From positions 1 through 55,351 of IMG/VR virus record IMGVR_UViG_3300033146_005641: a stretch of DNA of 55,351 bases, one strand, 5' to 3'. This stretch comes from a virus. Lineage: Duplodnaviria; Heunggongvirae; Uroviricota; Caudoviricetes. Position 1 is the first letter of the stretch, and each line of letters begins with the position of its first letter. Position numbers and translations under genes: made by a program. The notes beneath the pieces were generated by a model that saw nothing but the letters and a program-made list of their open reading frames with translations, was not told the origin of the DNA and made no database searches. Below, piece after piece: positions 36,939-44,586 of this stretch.

Positions 36939-37628
36939 ATGAAGTTCAGAGACACTAAATATGGTGATTTAACGGGACAAACTTATGAAGGAGATATTGA
37001 TGTAAGCGAATTAAGTCTTACTTCTCTAGAGGGGCTCCGGAGACAGTTAATGGTAATTTTTATTGTACTCATAACAATCTAACTTCTCTAAAAGGATCTC
37101 CTAAGGTAGTTAATGGTAATTTTAGTTGCTCAGATAACAATTTAACTTCTCTAGAGGGGGCTCCAGAGACAGTTAATGGTAGTTTTAATTGTTTAAACAA
37201 TCAACTAACCTCTCTAGAGGGGGTTCCAGAGGTAGTTAACGGAAGCTTTTATTGTTCAAACAATCGATTAACATCTCTAGAAGGGGTTCCGAAGGTAATC
37301 GATGGTAGTTTTTATTGCTCTTACAACAATTTAACTTCTCTAGAGGGGGCTCCGGAGACAGTTAATGGTAATTTTTATTGTACTCCATAACAATCTAGCC
37401 TCTCTAGAGGGATCTCTGAGAGAAGCTAATGGTAATTTTAATTGTTCTTACAACGATCTAGCTTCTCTAGAGGAGGTTCCGGAGGTAGTTATTGGTAATT
37501 TTTATTGTACTCATAACAATCTAGCCTCTCTAGAGGGATTACCTTATTCTAAATATGTATACTCTGATTTTAGTGATAAAGAAGTTAATGATTATTTAAA
37601 ATCTAAATTTCCTCAATATTTTATATAA
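36939..37628 (+). pseudogene. LRR-like repeat gene (N-cap, 8 repeats, C-cap FPQYFI) with -1 and +1 frameshifts
   Basis: N-cap MKFRDTKYGDLTGQTYEGDIDV; G4 instead of G5 at 37031; extra C at about 37385. Confidence 0.8.
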
Positions 37629-37629
37629 C

Positions 37630-37670
37630 TTTAAGGTATATTACACTATAATATATTATATAAAGAGAGG
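37630..37670 (+). promoter_or_regulatory. Early promoter module
   Basis: TTTAAG-N11-TATAAT, TATAAAGAGAGG. Confidence 0.7.
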
Positions 37671-37780
37671 ATGAAACCTTTCAATATTATATTTTGGAAT
37701 ATCGTTAGTAGTCTTTTTAGGTCAGATAATTGTTTCTATTTGACTTGGAGTAAAAGTTGTTAATGAGGGTATGAAATAAC

Positions 37781-37788
37781 TATAAATA
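37781..37788 (+). promoter_or_regulatory. T4-type late promoter upstream of tmRNA
   Basis: TATAAATA. Confidence 0.55.
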
Positions 37789-37841
37789 TTAAGCGTTGGT
37801 TCGTCAGTGACGACGCTATATAAAAGAACTGCTGACGTTAT

Positions 37842-38129
37842 GGGGTTGATAGGTTTCGATTAGATTCTTATTAATTTTCAAAATCAAGCGGTTTAGAGTA
37901 ACCTAAAAGCTCACCAAAAAATAACTGTAAACAACACAGACTATACGCCAGCGGCGCAAGTAGCCTAATACTACAGGGTTATATAGTACCTAGTAACAGA
38001 AACTATATAAAGTGTCTACTTAAAAATTCAAAGCGTTATGATTCGTTAAAAATCTATCCTTAAAGCTTGTATAAATTTTAATTATAAACGGGATTTAAGA
38101 CTGGAGTTCGATTCTCCACAACTCCACCA
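37842..38129 (+). ncRNA. ssrA: tmRNA; tag (A)VNNTDYTPAAQVA at 37927..37968
   Basis: 5' GGGGTTGATAGGTTTCGA, 3' GAGTTCGATTCTCCACAACTCCACCA, G3:U70, ATAACT-resume context. Confidence 0.92.
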
Positions 38130-38345
38130 ATTAAGAAAAAAAATATGAAAAAACAGATTTAAAAATCAACTCAGACGTACTCGCTTTAAGAAGATCTCTT
38201 ATGAATAGATTTTAGAATGTTTTTATCTATTATAACTGAAGATAATTTCTACGGTTAGAAATATATTTTTAAAAAATATGACTACTAAAAAATTCAAGAT
38301 TATTTTAATAATCGTCCTCAATATTTCATTTAAATATCTAAAACA

Positions 38346-38353
38346 TATAAATA
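38346..38353 (+). promoter_or_regulatory. T4-type late promoter
   Basis: TATAAATA about 20 nt before AGGA...ATG 38374. Confidence 0.6.
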
Positions 38354-38373
38354 AAATAAAAATAGGAAAATTT

Positions 38374-39465
38374 ATGCCTAAAGAAATTTTATTATATGAA
38401 GAAGATATTAACACCACTTCTTTGACAGAAGGAACAGATGTTCAAGATGTTGCTCCTACTGCTTCAAATCTAACTAATATAGCAGTACCTACAGTTTCTC
38501 AAACTTTACCTTTTATGGTAGGATATGTTCAAAATATTAATGCACCTCAAGGATTTGTTTTCGGATTAACTTCTAGAGATAGAACATCTATATCTAACCC
38601 TGATTACCCAGCCACTCCTGATAATTCTGCTAGTCCCGATACTCCAGATGATTTAATAGTTACAAGATCACTAATCAAAACTTCTGAAAGAGGAGTAAAT
38701 ATTTCAGTAACTAATGAAGTGGAACATGATGTTATGACTTTATTTAATCCTATTTCTAGTAATACTGAATTTTATGGTAGTGAAAACGGTAAGGTAGGTC
38801 AATTCTTTTTAGAGTACGGAAACTGGAGACTTAATAATAAAACTAATGTTGATTTTATGAATTGGTTAGATAGTGTATGTACAGTAAAGGGTTCAGCAAC
38901 TATAGATAATTATGCTGAGATGAATAAAATACTTGGAATTATTGGTGAATTAAAGGAAGCTCTTTTTAAACAATCTGAAAAATCAGGTAGAACCTGGGTA
39001 ATTGTAACACCAAGAATAGCTAATTATTTATCTACAGTAAACGGATTCATAAACCATAATAATTCTGACTGGTTTATGAATGGTAGAAAAATACCTAGCA
39101 CTAGCATTAATCCTTATGTAGGTACTTTTGGAGATACTGATGTATTCATTTATAATAGTACAAGTCTAAAAGGAGGAACTTCTAATACTACAGAAACCTC
39201 AGGAGAAATTTTTATGGGATTATCGGGAGGACCTGGCACATCATCTATATTCTACTCACCTTATAAAAAGTTCGTTATAAAAGGTGGTAGTGATAGTTAT
39301 ACAGGTCAAAGTGTTATGTTCTTTAGAATTAGAGATGCTTGGATGCTAAACCCTCAAGATACTTTAGACGAAAATACAACGGGGACTGAACTTCCTGAAC
39401 CTAATAATAACTCTAAGTTTGTGGTTAAGGCTGATATAACATTTACAGAAACTTTATTATCATAA
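38374..39465 (+). CDS. gp23/gp24-like capsid protein paralogue
   Basis: P.G.VFGL, IVTPRIA..L, FYSPY...D..TGQ......R.A...NP resemble T4 gp23 motifs; start moved to the RBS-backed ATG. Confidence 0.65.
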   Translation: MPKEILLYEEDINTTSLTEGTDVQDVAPTASNLTNIAVPTVSQTLPFMVGYVQNINAPQGFVFGLTSRDRTSISNPDYPATPDNSASPDTPDDLIVTRSLIKTSERGVNISVTNEVEHDVMTLFNPISSNTEFYGSENGKVGQFFLEYGNWRLNNKTNVDFMNWLDSVCTVKGSATIDNYAEMNKILGIIGELKEALFKQSEKSGRTWVIVTPRIANYLSTVNGFINHNNSDWFMNGRKIPSTSINPYVGTFGDTDVFIYNSTSLKGGTSNTTETSGEIFMGLSGGPGTSSIFYSPYKKFVIKGGSDSYTGQSVMFFRIRDAWMLNPQDTLDENTTGTELPEPNNNSKFVVKADITFTETLLS

Positions 39466-39480
39466 TATAGGAAAATAATA

Positions 39481-39957
39481 GTGTCATATAAAGATGAGCT
39501 CCAAGAATTAGTTAAAAAAAGAATGATAGACGAAATTTCGGCAGCAACTTTTTATTTAGATGCTGCATCTCTTATCAGAGATCTTGAGTTAGCAGAAGAA
39601 ATACAAAAACACGCATTAGAAGAATTTGATCATTTTTCAAGATTGATAACGTTTGCTAGAGCTCACGGATTAGAGGTTAAATATGATTTTGATAGGAGTG
39701 TAATAAAAAATGTACCTCCTAGAGAAAAAGCACTAATATCTATTATCCAAAATCTAGAAAGAAAAGCCATTACCGATTATAGAGAAATGGTTTTACTATG
39801 TAGAAATAATGAAGATATAGAAGGTGAGAAGTTTTTTAAAGAAATAATGTTAGAAGAAATAGAGCATTTTGATGATGTAGCGCAAAAGACAGGCGAAACT
39901 AGAAAACTAGGAGAGTCTTTTAAGAAATTTAAAAAATTTAAAGATAGATTTAAGTAA
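39481..39957 (+). CDS. Ferritin-like di-iron four-helix protein
   Basis: E..A..FY, EEFDH, ERKAI.DY, EEIEH. Confidence 0.8.
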   Translation: MSYKDELQELVKKRMIDEISAATFYLDAASLIRDLELAEEIQKHALEEFDHFSRLITFARAHGLEVKYDFDRSVIKNVPPREKALISIIQNLERKAITDYREMVLLCRNNEDIEGEKFFKEIMLEEIEHFDDVAQKTGETRKLGESFKKFKKFKDRFK

Positions 39958-40007
39958 TTTTTAAACTCCTTATATTATAATACTAATATATAAAATAAGG
40001 AGACCAA

Positions 40008-40274
40008 ATGACAGAACAAACAGAACAACCTAGAGAAATAGCTACAATCAATAATAAACACTATTTTAAAGATTCCATGTCCGAGGATGCTCAGGTAGCT
40101 TTTGAACAAGCTATAGAAATGAATCAAAAGATTGCAGCTAAAGAAACTGAAATTAGAGATTTAAAATATGCTAGACAGTTTTTAATTAATTTTGTAGAAG
40201 ATAAGTCATCAGAATTTAAAGAATATATTCCAGAGGAAGAGGATTCTAGAGAGGATTCTAAAGATGGTGAGTAA
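40008..40274 (+). CDS. Hypothetical protein
   Basis: AAGGAG RBS. Confidence 0.75.
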   Translation: MTEQTEQPREIATINNKHYFKDSMSEDAQVAFEQAIEMNQKIAAKETEIRDLKYARQFLINFVEDKSSEFKEYIPEEEDSREDSKDGE

Positions 40275-40557
40275 TTACGAATACATAATACTCACTAATA
40301 ATGTTATCCTAATCGGTAAAACTTCTTTTGAGGAAAATTTTACTACTATAGAAAATCCATACCTGGTTCAAAATAATGGTACGGAGGTGCTGCTTTTACC
40401 TTTCTTAGAAGCGGCTTTAAAACAAAAAGTACCTACTTTTAAAACTCACAATAGAAATATTCTTTCTACAATACCTGTAGAAAAAAATGATATATTAGAT
40501 ACATATCTTTCCTCAATTACTAATATAGAACTTCCAAAACAAGAGATCGTCGTTTAG
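40264..40557 (+). CDS. Hypothetical protein (Sm-like small T4-type)
   Basis: L.N...LIG...I.NP...L.PF pattern. Confidence 0.65.
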   Translation: MVSNYEYIILTNNVILIGKTSFEENFTTIENPYLVQNNGTEVLLLPFLEAALKQKVPTFKTHNRNILSTIPVEKNDILDTYLSSITNIELPKQEIVV

Positions 40558-40570
40558 ACGATCTCTTTTA
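40541..40570 (+). terminator. Intrinsic terminator
   Basis: AAGAGATCGTC-GTTTA-GACGATCTCTT followed by T-rich tail. Confidence 0.7.
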
Positions 40571-40630
40571 TCTTATTTTAATAAATTTACTATATAATAT
40601 AATAATAATATATTAAAACTAGGAAACGAA

Positions 40631-41029
40631 TTGTCAACAAAACTAAATCAAAAACTTAGCCCCTATAAAATTATGACATCTGTTCTAACCTCGTACTCAC
40701 CTACTAGAGAAGAAAAAAACTCTATAAATTCTTTCTTTCTTTGTAGATGGTTATCTAACTCTCCTAGAGCCATTTTCATAAGTAGTATAATTAATAGGTA
40801 TTACAAGGAAATTCCTCCAAGCATACAATATGATTTCGTAAAAGATACTTTATCTAGAGACGGAATAAAATATATAAAATATAGTAAAAAAGAGCAATCT
40901 CCCGAACAAACCGTAGAAAATATTTCTAAATTTTATAAAATATCTATAGTAGATGCTAAATCTTATTTTGATTTAATGGATAACGAAGAAAAAAATAAAT
41001 TTAAACATCTATATGATGGGCTAGAATAG
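40631..41029 (+). CDS. Clamp loader small subunit (T4 gp62-like)
   Basis: F.L.RWLS...N...QYDF...KY.K...I.KFY.IS...A..Y pattern. Confidence 0.7.
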   Translation: MSTKLNQKLSPYKIMTSVLTSYSPTREEKNSINSFFLCRWLSNSPRAIFISSIINRYYKEIPPSIQYDFVKDTLSRDGIKYIKYSKKEQSPEQTVENISKFYKISIVDAKSYFDLMDNEEKNKFKHLYDGLE

Positions 41030-41061
41030 AAACAAAGAAACAAAGGAGAAAAAGGAGAAAA

Positions 41062-42519
41062 ATGGAAGATATTAACACATCAAACGTAACTAAAATTTTT
41101 GAAGAAGAGGTATTAACTCATTTAGTTAATGATTCTAAATATTTTAAATCTGTAATGCCGTATTTAAAGAATAATTATTTTTCTAAAGCAGGAACTGCTG
41201 AATTATTTACGGTAATAAAAGATATATATTTAAAATACGATTCAATACCAACGCTAAAAGACATAGTACTAACAGTTAAAGATTTACCTAAAAGAGTAAA
41301 GGAAGATGTAGTACCTGTTCTAAAAGAGGTATCATCTAACGCTACTAAAAATGAATCATCTGTGAATTATAAGCTTTTATTAGATAGAACGGAAGAGTTT
41401 ATTAGTAGATCTATTCATACCGAGGCTTTATTATTAGGTGCTGAAGCTATGGGCGAAGATGATAAAGACAAATTATTAGAATCCTTTAGATTATCAGAAG
41501 AGGCATTGAAGGTATCTTTAGATGAGGATTTTGGAGTTAGTTTAGATCAAATTGACGAAGCTATAGATAAATATCAAGATAAACAAATACAACTACTAAC
41601 AGGTATTGATAGTTTTGACTATATGATAGGAAGAGGATATGTTACTAAAACTTTACATAACTTTTTAGCACCTCCGGGAATTGGAAAGTCTGCAACTATG
41701 GCTGCTTTTGTATGTCAATTTTTAAGACAAGGAAAAGATGTTGCTGTTTTTACACTAGAAATGGATGAATACGAATGGTTAAAAAGAATATATGCTAATA
41801 TAGTAGATATTCCTATTAGTGATCTTGAAAATGTTCCGAAAGAGACTATTCTTAAAAAATGGGATGAGGTTAAAAACGGTTTAGGTAGATTAGTGGTTAA
41901 AGAGTATCCTTCATATACAGCGTCTTCTTTAACTATTGAAAATTTCTTAGATAAATACGCTTCAAAAACAGGAATAACTAATCCTATAGTATTCATAGAC
42001 TATTTAGGATTAATGAACTCGTCAAGACTGCCGGCTAATACACAATCTTATGAATATATTAAAAGTATTACAGCAGAAGTAAGAAGCATAGCTCAAAAAT
42101 TAGATATAGTTATCTTTTCGGCTCATCAGTTAAACAGAAGCGCTATTGGTAATCTAGAAGCAGGACAAGAGGCTGTTTCAGATTCCGCGGGTATTTCTAT
42201 GTTCTCAGATAGTATGGTATTTTTATTACAAACTAAAGAAATGAAAGAATTAGGTGAGATTGTAGTTAATTTTGAAAAAAATAGGATGTCAGGTAAGACC
42301 ACATCTTTTAAAATAGGGTTTGATTATTCTAAAATGAGATTTGAGGATAGATTTATAGACCCTCAAATTAGCGAGAAACTACATAAAAATATAGGTGAAA
42401 ACACTAAACATATATTTAATATAGATACCGGACTATCTTTAAGAAAAGACAAAAATGAAGAGGATGAATTTTTAAAATCGTCTACTAGTGATTTAGATGA
42501 TCTTTTGAACGACTTTTAA
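41062..42519 (+). CDS. Replicative DnaB-like helicase (T4 gp41-like)
   Basis: APPGIGKS, TLEM, KEYP, IDYLGL, SAHQLNR, SDS, KNR. Confidence 0.92.
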   Translation: MEDINTSNVTKIFEEEVLTHLVNDSKYFKSVMPYLKNNYFSKAGTAELFTVIKDIYLKYDSIPTLKDIVLTVKDLPKRVKEDVVPVLKEVSSNATKNESSVNYKLLLDRTEEFISRSIHTEALLLGAEAMGEDDKDKLLESFRLSEEALKVSLDEDFGVSLDQIDEAIDKYQDKQIQLLTGIDSFDYMIGRGYVTKTLHNFLAPPGIGKSATMAAFVCQFLRQGKDVAVFTLEMDEYEWLKRIYANIVDIPISDLENVPKETILKKWDEVKNGLGRLVVKEYPSYTASSLTIENFLDKYASKTGITNPIVFIDYLGLMNSSRLPANTQSYEYIKSITAEVRSIAQKLDIVIFSAHQLNRSAIGNLEAGQEAVSDSAGISMFSDSMVFLLQTKEMKELGEIVVNFEKNRMSGKTTSFKIGFDYSKMRFEDRFIDPQISEKLHKNIGENTKHIFNIDTGLSLRKDKNEEDEFLKSSTSDLDDLLNDF

Positions 42520-42527
42520 GAATAGGA

Positions 42528-43034
42528 TTAGGCTCCTATTCTTTTCTTAGTATTATGTAAACCTCTTTTTATAGCATCATTACGAGATTTTTGATATTTT
42601 TTAATCTTCATTTTATTTTTTCTTCTATATAATTTATTTTTAATTTTATTTTTTCTATTTCTAATCTTATTTTTGATTTTTTCTTTTCTTAATTGAGATT
42701 TAGTTTTTGTAAATTTACGAAGACCTTTTCGCTTGTTTTTAAATCTAGCGGAGACTGTTTCGTCTAGCTCATCATCAGATTCATCGTCTTCCCTGTCTTC
42801 CTCATTGAAGCTCACCCCGTCGAGGTCGTCGTCGAGGTCGTCGTCGAGGTCGTCATCAAGGTCATATTCATCATCAAGGTCATATTCATCCTCAATAAGA
42901 TCTACTATTAGCTCAGCCACTTCAGCATAGTCTTCAGGCTCTAAATCTTCTAATAGATCTCTTAGATCTTCTATAGTGATATTTTCATCCTCCTCTTTAA
43001 TTTGAGGTCTTAATATTTCTTTGAAACTTTTCAT
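42528..43034 (-). CDS. Acidic/basic prohead core-like protein (gp67/gp68-like)
   Basis: MKSFKE start, D/E-rich middle, LDE site, K/R-rich tail; TATAAATA at 43076..43083. Confidence 0.55.
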   Translation of the reverse strand: MKSFKEILRPQIKEEDENITIEDLRDLLEDLEPEDYAEVAELIVDLIEDEYDLDDEYDLDDDLDDDLDDDLDGVSFNEEDREDDESDDELDETVSARFKNKRKGLRKFTKTKSQLRKEKIKNKIRNRKNKIKNKLYRRKNKMKIKKYQKSRNDAIKRGLHNTKKRIGA

Positions 43035-43101
43035 TTGATTCCTTTAAACTTTTTTAAGTTTATTAATATATAATATATTTATAAAATAAAAAGGTTATAA
43101 T

Positions 43102-43344
43102 ATGAATAAAGGGCTAGAGTATGATAAATTTGTTAGTCTATTATCAGAATTTCAGCTGAAAAATCCGAAAGAGTTAATTTTAGATATTAAAGAAACATCT
43201 TTTAAGGATAAATATAAAGAAGAAGAGATAGAATTATTAGTTAGTGATTTATTTATAGAATATTTTGAGATGAGATATCCGGAGAAAGATTTCGATCTTT
43301 CTCTAGATAATTATATTGAACGGAAATTTTTAAGATCTATTTAA
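43102..43344 (+). CDS. Hypothetical protein
   Basis: AAGG RBS, promoter-like upstream. Confidence 0.65.
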   Translation: MNKGLEYDKFVSLLSEFQLKNPKELILDIKETSFKDKYKEEEIELLVSDLFIEYFEMRYPEKDFDLSLDNYIERKFLRSI

Positions 43345-43352
43345 TATTATGT

Positions 43353-44141
43353 TTATGCTCCTTCAGATACTTTAACATATCCGCCATCATTCCACAATTT
43401 TCCTGCTACTCCAGGATCAGAGTGCGGAAGAGAGTTTCCAAACTCTGCACTAAATAGGTATTCCAGAGTAACTAAACACTCGTTATCTATAATTTCATCA
43501 GGTCTTATCGAAGGAGCTAAAATAGCACCCGTAGAATGAACCTCTAAGGCATTAGAACGTGTAGAATCACTATTACCGTTTCCTACCTCGAATAGAGTTC
43601 CTAAAACTGGAGAATTATACTGACCTATAGCCGTCTGGTTGTTATTAACGGCTTTAGTATATAATCCACCAGCATGTGAGTAATCACCACTAGCTTCTAC
43701 AAAATATCCTTCTGCATGAGCGCTGTTACCCGACGCATTAGCACCAGACCCTTCCGCATGAGACGCATAACCGTATGCCTTAGTCCACGCACCTTCTGCA
43801 TGTGAGTAAAGACCCGATGCATCAGTATCCCATCCTTCTGCATGAGACGCCATACCGAAGGATTTAGTATACGCGCCTTCCGCATGCGAGTAAAGACCCG
43901 ATGCATCCGTTCCGTATCCTACAGCAACAGAACATTCTCTTGATGCCTCTACATTCTTACCAATAGCAACAGAACATTCTCCTGATGCCTCTACATTCTT
44001 ACCAATAGCAACAGAACATTCTCCCGTTGCACCATATGATGATCCGCCTCCGCCTCCGCCTCCGCCTCCGCCTTCACCTTTACCTAAATTAAACGTAAAA
44101 CTATCTATAAATAGTTTTCTAAAAATTTTAAATAACATCAT
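43353..44141 (-). CDS. Fibre/adhesin with YadA-head-like 14-aa repeats (SVAIG/SHAEG)
   Basis: ASGxxSHAEG repeats, F.VGNG...RSNAL.V, poly-Gly. Confidence 0.75.
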   Translation of the reverse strand: MMLFKIFRKLFIDSFTFNLGKGEGGGGGGGGGGSSYGATGECSVAIGKNVEASGECSVAIGKNVEASRECSVAVGYGTDASGLYSHAEGAYTKSFGMASHAEGWDTDASGLYSHAEGAWTKAYGYASHAEGSGANASGNSAHAEGYFVEASGDYSHAGGLYTKAVNNNQTAIGQYNSPVLGTLFEVGNGNSDSTRSNALEVHSTGAILAPSIRPDEIIDNECLVTLEYLFSAEFGNSLPHSDPGVAGKLWNDGGYVKVSEGA

Positions 44142-44144
44142 TTT

Positions 44145-44558
44145 TTAAAAGCCTCCCTGTTCTTCTTCGTATATTGAAAGATCTATAGCATGATTACCTA
44201 TAGGACCCTTATTAGATCTATCATCACCTGCTAAATAATATCCTTCTCCGTTACCCTCATCAACCTTCACTAGTCCTTCGCCTCCTCCGGTTCCTCCTCC
44301 AGGAGTTCCACTAACAGGGTCACTCCAGATAACATCTCCGTCGATATTAGTGTTTTTAGTAAGAACTTGTCCGGCTATTCCGCCTGTAGGTATCTCGTCT
44401 TCTAATTTACCCCATTTTATTGTTACACCATCTTCATCAAGAAAACCAAAATTAGTAGTATTTAAATCCATTACTAATTCGCCAGGGATAGGTGTTTCCT
44501 CTCCCGTGAATAGATTTTTTCCTAATTTTCTCCTTAAAATAATTCCCGTACTAGCCAT
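44145..44558 (-). CDS. Tail fibre N-terminal module
   Basis: TGIILRR..GEL start shared with the 47901 gene; GG..GQVL.K motif; TATAAATA at 44584..44591. Confidence 0.65.
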   Translation of the reverse strand: MASTGIILRRKLGKNLFTGEETPIPGELVMDLNTTNFGFLDEDGVTIKWGKLEDEIPTGGIAGQVLTKNTNIDGDVIWSDPVSGTPGGGTGGGEGLVKVDEGNGEGYYLAGDDRSNKGPIGNHAIDLSIYEEEQGGF

Positions 44559-44586
44559 TATTTCACCTTATCTTCAATTATCATAT

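Noticed and set aside
38278-38373. Longer N-terminus of the capsid-like ORF given in the track
   Set aside because: The late promoter and AGGA RBS lie inside this stretch, favouring ATG 38374.
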